From the IMG/VR virus record IMGVR_UViG_3300045988_188298, positions 1-64,000 of that record: a stretch of 64,000 bases of DNA. One strand, given 5' to 3'. The DNA comes from a virus. A program made the position numbers and the translations under genes. The notes under the pieces were generated by a model. It was not told where the DNA came from and searched no databases. It was given only the letters and a program-made list of their open reading frames with translations. Shown here piece after piece: positions 47,680-57,346 of the stretch; the stretch's first letter is position 1; every line of letters begins with the position of its first letter.

Positions 47680-47796
47680 ATCCCAAGAGGTTCACCACAT
47701 GGACCAAATGGAACACCAATATCAGCTAATATATCTAAAGCTTCTTCCTCTTGCTCGTCAAATTCTTTCTCATCTAATTCTTCTTTAGTCATGTTT
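47680..47796 (-). CDS. Possible 38-aa acidic peptide MTKEELDEKEFDEQEEEALDILADIGVPFGPCGEPLGI
   Basis: Short ORF with an AGGAAA-like RBS in an otherwise non-coding gap. Not in the ORF track because it is under 60 aa. Confidence 0.25.
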
Positions 47797-47897
47797 CTTT
47801 TTTTCCTTTCGACTTTTATTTTTTTTATAAATTTATTATATCACACAAAACAAAAAAGAGGAAGATAAAATCTTTCCTCTTTAAAATTCATTTCAAT

Positions 47898-50800
47898 CTA
47901 ATCTTCTTGTTTTTTAGATTTTATTGTTAATCCTAAAGCAACCAATCCAAGAATAGCTCCAAGAACTTGAAGTGTTCCTGTTTCTGTTTGACCAGTTTTT
48001 GGAAGTTCTTTCTTAGGAACTTCAGTCTTAATCACTGATGGTGCAGGAGCAGGAGTTTCGTCTTTCTTAGGTTCTTCTGGGATTTTTAGTTCTTCCAATT
48101 CAACAACAGGAGCGTCTTTTGGAACTTCGGTAACAACTAATTCAGTCAGTTCGTGAACCGGCGCTTCGTTAGGCACTTCGGTCAAGACTTTCTCTGGAAT
48201 TTCATGAATAGGCGCATCAGATGGAATCTCTGTAAGGATTTTCTCTGGCAGCTCATGAATTGGAGCGTCGCCCGGAATTTCAGTCAATACCTTTTCCGGC
48301 AGTTCGTGAATTGGAGATTCAGATGGAACTTCTGTTAGAACTTTTTCTGGCAACTCATGAATAGGAGCATCACCCGGTACTTGTTTTTCAACGCGGACGT
48401 AATAGTGAGTAGAGATATGGTCTTCTACTGTCGTCAGCTTAGAATAGACATATTCCTCACGTTCTCCGATAAACAATGGAGCAAGCACAACTCCTTTGAC
48501 AGTAGGAGCAATTTCTCGCTCTACGCCGTTTTCAACCGTTACGAAACGAGTAACATTAAGTGCACCAAAATCACTAATAGGGGCATTTTCAGGAACTTCT
48601 GAAACGGAGCGGTCATAGTAATGAGTTGTAACTCCATCTTCTTTGACAGTTTTACCGTTATATTGGAAGCTGCCTACATACATAGGAGCTTCATGAGTGC
48701 CCTCTTCAGCAGGTTTCACTTCAATTTCACCATTATCAGTAACAGCAATATAACGAGTAGCTTCACGAACTTCTGGTGTCACACTTGGTGCATCAATAGG
48801 CTTTTCACCTTTTACATAATGATAGTAGTGAGTGGTAATACCAGTCACACCGTCATTGGCATCAGTGTGGTCAAAGAAGTATTGGTGGAAGTCATCACCC
48901 AACCACATAGGGGCAGGAAATGTACCTTTTTGTTCATCACGAATTTCACTAAAGCTGCCATCTTCTTCAATTACCAAGAAACGTGTAATTTCTTGCATTT
49001 CAGGATTCACAGTTGGAGCATCAATTGGCTTATCTTTTTTCACTGCATCATAGTAATGAGTATGAATACCATCTTCAACCTTTGTTTGACCAGAATAATG
49101 ATATTTCTCATTTTGAAGAAATGCAGGAGCTTCATGAATACCTTCAAGAGATGGAGCGATTTCTTCTTCCACACCATTTTCCCCAACGGTTACAAATCGA
49201 GTAACATCAGAGACTTCTCCGGTCATTTTTGGAGCTTCATTAGGAACAGTGGTTTGGATTTTCACATAGTAATGAGTAGTAATTCCAGTTATTCCATCAT
49301 TAGGTGTAGTGTGGTCAAATTGATAGCTTCCAATAATGCTAGGCGCTGGCAGTGTTCCCTCTTGGGTTTCTGCAACCTCTACTTCTTCACCTTGCTCATT
49401 TACAAGAACAAAACGAGTAACTTCACGCATAACTGGTGTTACAGATGGTGCATCTGTAGGTAATTCGTGTGTTTCTGGTGTTGCCGTTGTTTCATAAATG
49501 AAATGTTGGCGAGAAATAGTAAGGCCTGTTGCAGGATTTTCTCCGACCCATGACTTAGGAAGAGTTACACCGTTTTGAACTTCTTTATCTGTAAATCCAA
49601 CAACGCCTGTCCACTTCTTGTTGCCCTTGTATTCAAGCAGCATACGGAAGCCGGCTAATTTATTATTTTCTACAGTTGGCAAAGTTTGCTCAGGAGTGTA
49701 GACACCCGGAGTGTAAGGATTATGTTCTGCATTTTCATCACCATCCCATTCAAAATGGTCAGTCATTTCGTGAGGAGTAATTTTTTCTCCGTTACGCATG
49801 AAGTAAATCTCACCGCTTTCATGGAAGTTCTTGTATACTTCTGTTTCTTCTTCTTTAGTCAACAAGAAATCATAGTAAAGAGATTTTGGTGTTACTCTTG
49901 GTTGTTGTGGCCCTCCAAATCCAAATGGATTTTCTAGACCTGAGACTGGTAATTCTGATGGCCCTAAACCAAACTCATTAACACCGTGGTCAGCAGGTTT
50001 CACATGCAGCAATGTATAATTTCTTACAATTGGCGCGTGCACTTCTTCACCATTAGTATTAGCAAAAGTCAATACCTGACTGAATTCAGATTTTGTCAAT
50101 GTGCTTTCTGGCAAATTAGCCATCCAGCGTGTTACACGAACAGTTGGGTTTGGTGTTTTAGAGTAATAATCACTTGCGTGTTCGCTGCCTTTAACTTCTT
50201 TCGGAAGATAAATTTCTGTTGAAAGTCGGAAACGTTGAGACACACCATACCCAAAATCACCATCCACTTTCAATGTAATTCCTTTACCTCGGCTGATAAA
50301 AGCTCCTGAACCGTAATAATAATTAGGTTTGTCTGGAGAATTCCAGCCTAATTTATATTCACTAGAATTGACTTTGTAGCGTCCTTTAGTCCAGTAATTA
50401 TTTAGGTTATAGAAGTTTTCGGTTTCCGGATTAATTGTTCCGCTGAAATTTTTTACTCCTGAACCCGGAATCTGAACTGCTTTATCGGCTGGGTTGAGAG
50501 TAATACTCTCCCAGTGTCCGCCCGGAGACAGAATTGGCTCTGGTGTATATCTCAATTCCGCTGATTCAAAGAAAATGTTTTTCCCATTGAGGATTGTAAA
50601 TCTACCAATTGTTTCACCTCTGGAATTTAGCTCGTTAAAGCCGTCATAGGTGCTGGTGATTTCATCACCCTCTGGCACACCTGTTTCATCATAATGAGAA
50701 ACATTTCGGAACACTCGAACACGTTGGTTTGGTGAGTACAGCTTAGTTGATTTTACATATGTTTCTCCAGTTTGTACTTCTGGACTTAAAACCTCATTAA

Positions 50801-52097
50801 CAGTTTTCGTTTCACCATTGGCATCCGTATATTCAATGTGAGCAACAAATTTATTCTCGTTTGAAATACGGTGGCCTGTACCATATTCTTTATGAACAGT
50901 ATAACGATACATTTCGTGGACAGCATACAAGGTTTTTCCTGTATTTTCGTCCAATTCTTGTCCATTTTCATCATAGTAATATGACTTAGCTACAATGCGT
51001 TGAGTACCGCCACGCGCAACATCTGAACCGAATAAAACACCGTTATAAGGATTTGCATCAACTTCAGCAATCACATTATGATTAGAACCCAAGCTTCTTT
51101 GTAACTCGAATGTCCGAACAATCTTAGCAATCTTTTTCTTTTCGCCATCAACAATCATATAGCTGTTAGATAGATTGGTATATGTAGCTGTTATACGGTC
51201 AGATTCACGAAATACCACGCGCTGCACACCTGTATCTCCCAATTGAGAAGATACATAATCATTTCGTGTAACTTTTGCAAGTTTTTGGAAACGAAGGTTT
51301 GAATAATCAACTTCATTTGCTGGTTTCTCAAACTCTTTTGATTTTGCTTCGCTCAGATAACGAACTTCACCAGTGATAGCAACCCTTGCATTTTCTTCAT
51401 TCCCAAGATGTAGATTTTGATTCTTCATGGCTTCTCGGATAGCATCACCCTTAGAACTCATGAGTTCTTCATAATCTTTCTTCATTTCTTGGTCAATATT
51501 GAACCGCTCATAGGCAGTGCTATTAATATTTCTTTTCTCTTCGCGAATCCTTTCGTATTCTGACCATTTTTCCATAAGTTGCTGTTTAATCTTTTCAGCT
51601 TCTTGCTTAGACTCTTCTTTTACAGCTTCAAGAGAAGCTTGGTCAGATGGAACTTCTTTTTCAACTTCTTCAACTGTAAAACCGTTTTGGTTAAGATTGT
51701 TTACCAATTCAGTATAACTTCCGTCAACATATTTAGTCGTAGACAAATTTGTATTTGTTGTTGCTCCATCAACCTCGGCAGAGCGTTTAGCTGCGTTCAC
51801 GCGCGTGTAATCGTTATTTTCAACAATTTCACGATTGTCTTGAACATTAGCCGGCAGTGGTGAGTTTTTAACTGCATCAGACAATTGTACACCTGATTGA
51901 CTGTTAAAGTCATCAATGCCTGTATTTACGGTTTGAGAGCTAGTCGGGCTAGTATTTACAGTTTCCTCAGCAGAAACGATTTGCGGAGCAAGAATAAGGC
52001 TTGCACCAAGCATCAAAGACAAAACTCCAATAGCTGTCTTACGGATTCCGAATTTTTCCTTTTTCCCTTGGATTAGATATTGTTTGTAGCTTTTCAT
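47898..52097 (-). CDS. Giant LPxTG surface adhesin (1399 aa) with a YSIRK-type signal peptide, about six 70-aa tandem repeats ending in THYY, and six 12-aa (A/S)PIHELPEKVLTE repeats
   Basis: N-terminal KxYKQ...FGIRKTAIGVLS. C-terminal LPKTG, hydrophobic segment and KSKKQED tail. Internal repeats are visible in the translation. Confidence 0.9.
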   Translation of the reverse strand: MKSYKQYLIQGKKEKFGIRKTAIGVLSLMLGASLILAPQIVSAEETVNTSPTSSQTVNTGIDDFNSQSGVQLSDAVKNSPLPANVQDNREIVENNDYTRVNAAKRSAEVDGATTNTNLSTTKYVDGSYTELVNNLNQNGFTVEEVEKEVPSDQASLEAVKEESKQEAEKIKQQLMEKWSEYERIREEKRNINSTAYERFNIDQEMKKDYEELMSSKGDAIREAMKNQNLHLGNEENARVAITGEVRYLSEAKSKEFEKPANEVDYSNLRFQKLAKVTRNDYVSSQLGDTGVQRVVFRESDRITATYTNLSNSYMIVDGEKKKIAKIVRTFELQRSLGSNHNVIAEVDANPYNGVLFGSDVARGGTQRIVAKSYYYDENGQELDENTGKTLYAVHEMYRYTVHKEYGTGHRISNENKFVAHIEYTDANGETKTVNEVLSPEVQTGETYVKSTKLYSPNQRVRVFRNVSHYDETGVPEGDEITSTYDGFNELNSRGETIGRFTILNGKNIFFESAELRYTPEPILSPGGHWESITLNPADKAVQIPGSGVKNFSGTINPETENFYNLNNYWTKGRYKVNSSEYKLGWNSPDKPNYYYGSGAFISRGKGITLKVDGDFGYGVSQRFRLSTEIYLPKEVKGSEHASDYYSKTPNPTVRVTRWMANLPESTLTKSEFSQVLTFANTNGEEVHAPIVRNYTLLHVKPADHGVNEFGLGPSELPVSGLENPFGFGGPQQPRVTPKSLYYDFLLTKEEETEVYKNFHESGEIYFMRNGEKITPHEMTDHFEWDGDENAEHNPYTPGVYTPEQTLPTVENNKLAGFRMLLEYKGNKKWTGVVGFTDKEVQNGVTLPKSWVGENPATGLTISRQHFIYETTATPETHELPTDAPSVTPVMREVTRFVLVNEQGEEVEVAETQEGTLPAPSIIGSYQFDHTTPNDGITGITTHYYVKIQTTVPNEAPKMTGEVSDVTRFVTVGENGVEEEIAPSLEGIHEAPAFLQNEKYHYSGQTKVEDGIHTHYYDAVKKDKPIDAPTVNPEMQEITRFLVIEEDGSFSEIRDEQKGTFPAPMWLGDDFHQYFFDHTDANDGVTGITTHYYHYVKGEKPIDAPSVTPEVREATRYIAVTDNGEIEVKPAEEGTHEAPMYVGSFQYNGKTVKEDGVTTHYYDRSVSEVPENAPISDFGALNVTRFVTVENGVEREIAPTVKGVVLAPLFIGEREEYVYSKLTTVEDHISTHYYVRVEKQVPGDAPIHELPEKVLTEVPSESPIHELPEKVLTEIPGDAPIHELPEKILTEIPSDAPIHEIPEKVLTEVPNEAPVHELTELVVTEVPKDAPVVELEELKIPEEPKKDETPAPAPSVIKTEVPKKELPKTGQTETGTLQVLGAILGLVALGLTIKSKKQED

Positions 52098-52230
52098 GTT
52101 TGATTTTTCTCCTTTTATATATAATTTAATTTAATTTAGCTTAAACACAAAACAAATGAACACGATTTTATTTTACTAATATGTAGTAATAAAATAAAAC
52201 AAAAATAAAAATAGCTTTTGAGCTTTTAAC

Positions 52231-52443
52231 TTATTTACTGATAACTTCTCCAGTATCTAAGTCAATGTTTACATTTTCACCATTCTGCCTTAACTGAACT
52301 GTATTCTCATCCAGTTTTTTAGGCGGAGTAGGCATATCTGTAGTAATTTCCTTAATATCAGGCATACCCGGCATTGAGGCCATTGCCCATGCTGCAAGCA
52401 TACCCATAATTACCATTACTACAATCAATTCAACCAATTTCAT
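52231..52443 (-). CDS. Small hydrophobic protein (70 aa), immediately downstream of XRE paralogue 3
   Basis: N-terminal TM helix. Genes are 6 nt apart. Confidence 0.4.
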   Translation of the reverse strand: MKLVELIVVMVIMGMLAAWAMASMPGMPDIKEITTDMPTPPKKLDENTVQLRQNGENVNIDLDTGEVISK

Positions 52444-52449
52444 TATTAA

Positions 52450-52665
52450 TCAGACATCCTTTCTATATTTGTTGTGACTTGTATTAATGAAATTACAAAG
52501 TTTTTTTATTGTTTTCCACGATAAATTCTCTATACTTCTACGGCCGCTCCTAATACTCGATATATTCGAGCTTGGAAATCCCGTAGCATCCTGAATTTCT
52601 TTAGGAGGGATTTCTGATTCAAAGAACAACCATTCAAGGTTTTTCTCTACTTCCTGAACTTTCAT
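52450..52665 (-). CDS. Short XRE-family HTH regulator (paralogue 3 of 3)
   Basis: HTH region IQDATGFPSSNISSIRSG. Conserved C-terminal NLSWKTIKKL, matching NLSVGTVQEL in paralogue 1. Confidence 0.55.
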   Translation of the reverse strand: MKVQEVEKNLEWLFFESEIPPKEIQDATGFPSSNISSIRSGRRSIENLSWKTIKKLCNFINTSHNKYRKDV

Positions 52666-52777
52666 TCTTCACCTTTTCTTTCTACATATAAATTGATTGC
52701 ATAACTATATTATCATTTGATAATGTAGTTGTCAATATGGTAACTTTAATTAGTTCTTTTTAAGAAATGAAACCAAA

Positions 52778-53242
52778 CTAAAGTTCTATCTGCTTTTGTA
52801 CAATGTTTTTAAAGTAATAAAAAAGTATCACCCAAGATACAATGACAAGAGTAAATAAAGAGATGAAAAAGAAATCCATAGAAATACTAGAAAAACTTTT
52901 CAATAAAGTAGCCACACTAATTAGATAGATGCTTAATATGAAACGTTCAAATTTTGGCATAAACATTTCAAGATACATAATTTTCTTATCTATTGTGTTT
53001 TTGTTTTCTTTTGTTTTATATATAAAAACAATCAAACGAAAAACTACATTAAGTGTAGTGAGACCAAGAAACGCCAGTAAAGCATATTGAACATAAATCA
53101 TTTGTTGCATCCAGTTAATGTTTTTCTTGGTGATTGAGTTAATAACAAAAACACCAGAATAAACAACACTAAAAGAACAAATATTTTTGGCAAAGCTCCA
53201 CAAAGCGCTCTTGGCCGCTTCGATTAACATTTTGTTTAACAT
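52778..53242 (-). CDS. Membrane protein (four TM helices)
   Basis: Hydrophobic segments throughout. Confidence 0.45.
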   Translation of the reverse strand: MLNKMLIEAAKSALWSFAKNICSFSVVYSGVFVINSITKKNINWMQQMIYVQYALLAFLGLTTLNVVFRLIVFIYKTKENKNTIDKKIMYLEMFMPKFERFILSIYLISVATLLKSFSSISMDFFFISLFTLVIVSWVILFYYFKNIVQKQIEL

Positions 53243-53465
53243 AATTTTGGTTAAACTCCTTTCCTTTTTGTAAAATAAAATAATTTTTCGTAAAATAATT
53301 TTTTACAAAGAATATTATAACGATTGTTCATTCTTGTTGATACTATTCAAGCGTTGAAGGTGGCGGAACGTATAGCAGATTTATTTGAGAGTTATAAATA
53401 AACAAAAAAGAGACTTTCGGTCTCTTTTCATTTTATTAGAATTTAAAACATTGACAACCTTAAAG

Positions 53466-54026
53466 TCAAGCAACCCTTCTTTTCTTTCGATTGTTTTTAC
53501 GTCCTGCCTTTTTGTTCTTTGTGACTTTCTTGGATTTAAAGAAAAACTCTTTATTGTTTTCCAATTCATTAAAGTCAAATCGGTTCTCGCCAAAGCTTTC
53601 TCGCCATAGTGCAGCACGGCCCTTGCGATTTTTTTCTTTGATTAGAACTTCTTTTCCTGATTGAGTCAAGAAAAGCTTATTCTTCTTTCTAGAAATAAAT
53701 CCAGCCCGGACTAACACCATCAGCTCTTTTTCGTGTTTATTGTGCAAAAAGTGCCTAAATCCTCGCTTTTTTTGCAACACATAAACACCTTTAAATTTAC
53801 TCCAAGAACTATTATATAAAGCGAAAAATTCAAAGTGATTACTGCAAGTTTCATCAAACAATCGTAACAATAAGAACCGGCTAGGCTTTAATGATGTCCA
53901 ACTATTTTCCTTGTAGATAGCCTGATAAATCATAGACTTAACAGATGGGTCATCAAGGTCAATAGTCTCATATAAATGATTTAACCGTGCCGGGAACAGA
54001 TTTTGGGTATTTTTAACATTTTGCAA
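53466..54026 (-). CDS. Hypothetical protein with a highly basic C-terminal tail
   Basis: ORF. The C-terminus reads KKAGRKNNRKKRRVA. Confidence 0.4.
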   Translation of the reverse strand: MQNVKNTQNLFPARLNHLYETIDLDDPSVKSMIYQAIYKENSWTSLKPSRFLLLRLFDETCSNHFEFFALYNSSWSKFKGVYVLQKKRGFRHFLHNKHEKELMVLVRAGFISRKKNKLFLTQSGKEVLIKEKNRKGRAALWRESFGENRFDFNELENNKEFFFKSKKVTKNKKAGRKNNRKKRRVA

Positions 54027-54083
54027 TAAATTTTAATTTTTTTAACTTATTTTCGACAACCTTCTTTATATTTGATAAACTAA

Positions 54084-54788
54084 ATGAAAGAAAGGAGGCG
54101 TTTTATTTTGTATAAAAAGTCAATGATTTTAAATAAATCAACTTATAAGACAGGAGAAGTCGCTGCTCTTCTAGGAGTATCAATTCAAACTGTTATCAAT
54201 TATTGTGAGATGGGGCACATCCCCTTTTATAAAACAGAACATGGGCATCGTCGTATTCTTGCGGAGGACGTTTACAATTACCTAGTTTCTCTAAATATGG
54301 CGTATGATGAAAATTCTAATTCTAATGATACAAATTCTACTTATACTAAATCAGACGTAATCTATGCTCGTGTATCTACACATAAGCAAGCAGAACGAGG
54401 TGATTTAGAGCAGCAAGTGGAAAAAGTAATGTTGTATGCAATTCATCAAAACGTAAACAACCTCATTGTTAAAACAGATATTGCTTCAGGGTTGGATGAT
54501 AATCGTAAAAATCTACTCTCTTTAATTGATATGGTACAAAAAGGGGAGGTTTCTCGAATTTTTGTTTTAGATAAAGACCGTTTAACTAGCTTTGGTTATC
54601 CTTACTTGAAGAAAATTTGCGACTTCCATGGAGTCTCTATCATTGTTGTTTTAGATGAGATTGACATTAAAACTCAATCAGAAGAACTGGCAGAGGATAT
54701 TATCACTCTCATTCATTCTTTTTCAGAGAAATTATATGACCTAAGACAAAAAATTAAGAAAGAAATAAAATGTAATGAAGAAAGTTAA
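54084..54788 (+). CDS. tnpA: IS607-family TnpA serine recombinase (MerR-like HTH plus resolvase catalytic domain)
   Basis: HTH region YKTGEVAALLGVSIQTVINYC. Catalytic VIYARVSTHKQ. The true start is probably the internal TTG or ATG after RBS AAGGAGG. Confidence 0.9.
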   Translation: MKERRRFILYKKSMILNKSTYKTGEVAALLGVSIQTVINYCEMGHIPFYKTEHGHRRILAEDVYNYLVSLNMAYDENSNSNDTNSTYTKSDVIYARVSTHKQAERGDLEQQVEKVMLYAIHQNVNNLIVKTDIASGLDDNRKNLLSLIDMVQKGEVSRIFVLDKDRLTSFGYPYLKKICDFHGVSIIVVLDEIDIKTQSEELAEDIITLIHSFSEKLYDLRQKIKKEIKCNEES

Positions 54789-56016
54789 ACAAGAACCTGA
54801 GATTATCTTATCTGAAAGACATATCATCTCATCTTCTCACCCTTATTTTTCAGAGTGTGACCACTTGACATTCTTAGGGAAGAATTTATATAACGCAACT
54901 CTATTTTATCAACGAGCTTCTTTTTTCAAAAAAGAATTTCAAAACTACTATGCTGTAAATAAAGTTTTCACCCATGAAAATCAGATAGATTACCGAGCTT
55001 TGCCTGCTAAAGTTTCAAAACAAGTTCAGATGCTAGTAGATAAAAGTTTTAAAAGTTACTTTGCTTTAGTGAGGAAAAAGGTTAAAGGAGAATATAGCTC
55101 TCCTGTCCGTATCCCTCGTTATTTGCACAAAACAAAAGGGCGTTGCACCCTCCCTTATCCTAAAGATGCTTTATCTTTGAAGAATGAGGGAGTAGTTGCA
55201 CTTTCTAAGACAGGAATTAGAATCCAAACGAAAATTAAAAGAGAAAAAATACAAGGTGCTCGCATAGTTCCTAAAGGAAACCATTTTGTTATTGAGATTC
55301 TTTATAAAGAGCAAAAGAAGAAACCTGTATCTGAGAAGATTCAGAACGTTGCTTTTATTGACCCCGGTTTAAACAACTTAATGACCGTGACCAGCAATGT
55401 CTGTTCCCCTCTTCTATATAGCGGTAAGAACTTAAAGTCAATGAACCAGTTGGCAAATAAAAAGATAGCACAAGTGAAAAGTTCTTTGAGCAAACGAGGG
55501 TTATATAGTTCTCCCCTTTTAATTTCTATTTACAACAAAAGGAACAGACGTATAAAAGATTGTTTACACAAAATATCAACTCATTTAGTGAATCAATTCG
55601 TTTCGCACAAGATTGATACCGTTATTTTTGGACATAATCTAGGGCAGAAACAAGACATTAAATTAGGCGTTGTTACCAATCAAAATTTTGTGCAAATTCC
55701 TTTTTATCAGCTCATTACTCTCTTGCAATATAAATGTGAATTGCAAGGCATCCGCTTTATAACAACAGAAGAATCTTATACCAGTAAGTGCAGCTTCTTG
55801 GATTTAGAAGAAATTGCTGAACAAAAAGAATATGTAGGCAAAAGAGTGAAGCGTGGCCTTTTTCAATCAAAAGAAGGTGTCCAGATTAACGCTGATGTAA
55901 ATGGCTCTTTGAATATTGGAAGGAAATATTTAACGAAACTAGGTCTTTATACAGATACTTTACATAAGGAATTAATTTATCACATGGCAAATCCTAAACG
56001 AATTTGTCTAGCTTAA
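54775..56016 (+). CDS. tnpB: IS607-family TnpB (RuvC-like RNA-guided nuclease type)
   Basis: PRYLHKTKGR motif and RuvC-III NADVNGSLNIG. Overlaps the tnpA stop. Confidence 0.9.
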   Translation: MKKVKQEPEIILSERHIISSSHPYFSECDHLTFLGKNLYNATLFYQRASFFKKEFQNYYAVNKVFTHENQIDYRALPAKVSKQVQMLVDKSFKSYFALVRKKVKGEYSSPVRIPRYLHKTKGRCTLPYPKDALSLKNEGVVALSKTGIRIQTKIKREKIQGARIVPKGNHFVIEILYKEQKKKPVSEKIQNVAFIDPGLNNLMTVTSNVCSPLLYSGKNLKSMNQLANKKIAQVKSSLSKRGLYSSPLLISIYNKRNRRIKDCLHKISTHLVNQFVSHKIDTVIFGHNLGQKQDIKLGVVTNQNFVQIPFYQLITLLQYKCELQGIRFITTEESYTSKCSFLDLEEIAEQKEYVGKRVKRGLFQSKEGVQINADVNGSLNIGRKYLTKLGLYTDTLHKELIYHMANPKRICLA

Positions 56017-56120
56017 ATTAAAACAAATTAAATAAAAGTAAAACATGATTAGATTAGTCTATCTAGGATTGTTTAGAGGGTAGTCGCAGTCGCCCCAACT
56101 CTGACTTAGAATAAAATAGT
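56017..56120 (+). ncRNA. Candidate omega-RNA / right-end region of the IS607 tnpB
   Basis: ORF-free. gattagattagtctatctagg...agagggtagtcgcagtcgcc is similar to the region after the orphan IS607-type tnpB at 24672. Confidence 0.35.
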
Positions 56121-56286
56121 TTTTTGTTTTGTAAGTAGGGTGAGAAACAACAAATATATTGTTGGAAACTTTGATTTTTCTTAATAAATTAGAGAACTGT
56201 AAGTTTTTTGAACATTACTTATATATCCATCCTATAAAAATAGTATTTGCAAAATGACAAGTGATTTTACAAATACTATCATAACA

Positions 56287-56820
56287 TTATTTTTCCTTTT
56301 TGGTCTTTTTCAGTGTTGAAGAGATTACTGCGTGAACTAACCAATACACAAATGGGATATAAATAGCCATATGCCCTAGTGCTGTTACATTACCGAGATA
56401 ATCAAATGAGTATTTCATGATGACAGACCAGAAAAACAGGAAAAACAATGAAACCTTAAATAGTCTAATAAAGCCTTCAGCAGCACTGTTCAGTTCGTCT
56501 CCTATATCACCATATTCGGCTTCTAATTCACCCAATTCATTGATAACCTCTTTATCGTTCAACTTAGTTTTCATTGTTCTATATTTCTTAGAATTTAAAA
56601 CAACAACAAAAAGAATGACAAGGTTTACAAATCCGAGTAAAGTTCCAACACTAATAGTCATCCAGAAGAATACCGAAACGTTATTCACAAAGCTGCTGGC
56701 AATAGCTGCTGGCAAGGCAACGAATAAATTTTCCATTGATAATGCTTTTAAATATGAAAGTTTTTTGAATTTTTCCATTTTTTCTATATCTATTTTTTTA
56801 ACATTGTTATTATTGTTCAT
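56287..56820 (-). CDS. Membrane protein
   Basis: Several TM helices. Confidence 0.45.
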   Translation of the reverse strand: MNNNNNVKKIDIEKMEKFKKLSYLKALSMENLFVALPAAIASSFVNNVSVFFWMTISVGTLLGFVNLVILFVVVLNSKKYRTMKTKLNDKEVINELGELEAEYGDIGDELNSAAEGFIRLFKVSLFFLFFWSVIMKYSFDYLGNVTALGHMAIYIPFVYWLVHAVISSTLKKTKKEK

Positions 56821-56840
56821 AAATTTATTTTCCTAACTTA

Positions 56841-57320
56841 TTAATTATTGTCATTATTATCTTTTTTGTACATTTTAAAAATCTTGTCTCCAAATTCAAA
56901 AAAAATATAAAAAGGGATAACAAAAGGGAGACCAATGGCAAAAGAGATAACGCCAAGTAATCTTACGCCATCAGTAATAGCAGGGATAAAATGGTAAAAT
57001 GACAAAAACCAAAAAATTGACGACCAAAGAGTGGTATTTATTATTGAACCCAAAAATATCTCAACAATAAAATTTAAAAACTTAATTATAGCATTGTCAT
57101 CCTCTGTGTTTTTAGGGATGTAAAATATTAATCCCATGAGAAAGGTTATGTAAGATAAGGCAACAGAAATAATATTTCCCATAATAATGATTTTTTGAAA
57201 TACCACCAAATCCTTAAAAATCAAACTACAAACAACAGCAGGTAATGTTATCAAAAAGTTTTCTAAGATTATAAGCTTTATAGCAAAAGCGAATGGTTTA
57301 TAATCATTTTTATTACACAT
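56841..57320 (-). CDS. Membrane protein
   Basis: Several TM helices. Confidence 0.45.
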   Translation of the reverse strand: MCNKNDYKPFAFAIKLIILENFLITLPAVVCSLIFKDLVVFQKIIIMGNIISVALSYITFLMGLIFYIPKNTEDDNAIIKFLNFIVEIFLGSIINTTLWSSIFWFLSFYHFIPAITDGVRLLGVISFAIGLPFVIPFYIFFEFGDKIFKMYKKDNNDNN

Positions 57321-57346
57321 ATAATTTCTCCTCTTTCAAAATAAAA

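Larger units (their letters stand above)
54060..56120 (+). mobile_element. IS607-family insertion sequence (tnpA serine recombinase plus tnpB). Boundaries approximate
   Basis: Overlapping tnpA and tnpB typical of IS607. No terminal inverted repeats are expected for this family. Confidence 0.7.

Noticed and set aside
48153-51863. Numerous plus-strand ORFs of 60-280 aa overlapping the giant adhesin gene
   Set aside because: They are antisense to a 1399-aa ORF with clear signal-peptide and LPxTG architecture. They are low-complexity translations of the repeat region with no RBS, so they are spurious.
52231-52443. Type IV prepilin or competence pseudopilin
   Set aside because: The protein has a hydrophobic N-terminus but lacks the G-(F/M)-T-L-(I/V)-E prepilin peptidase motif. 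It is called a small membrane protein only.
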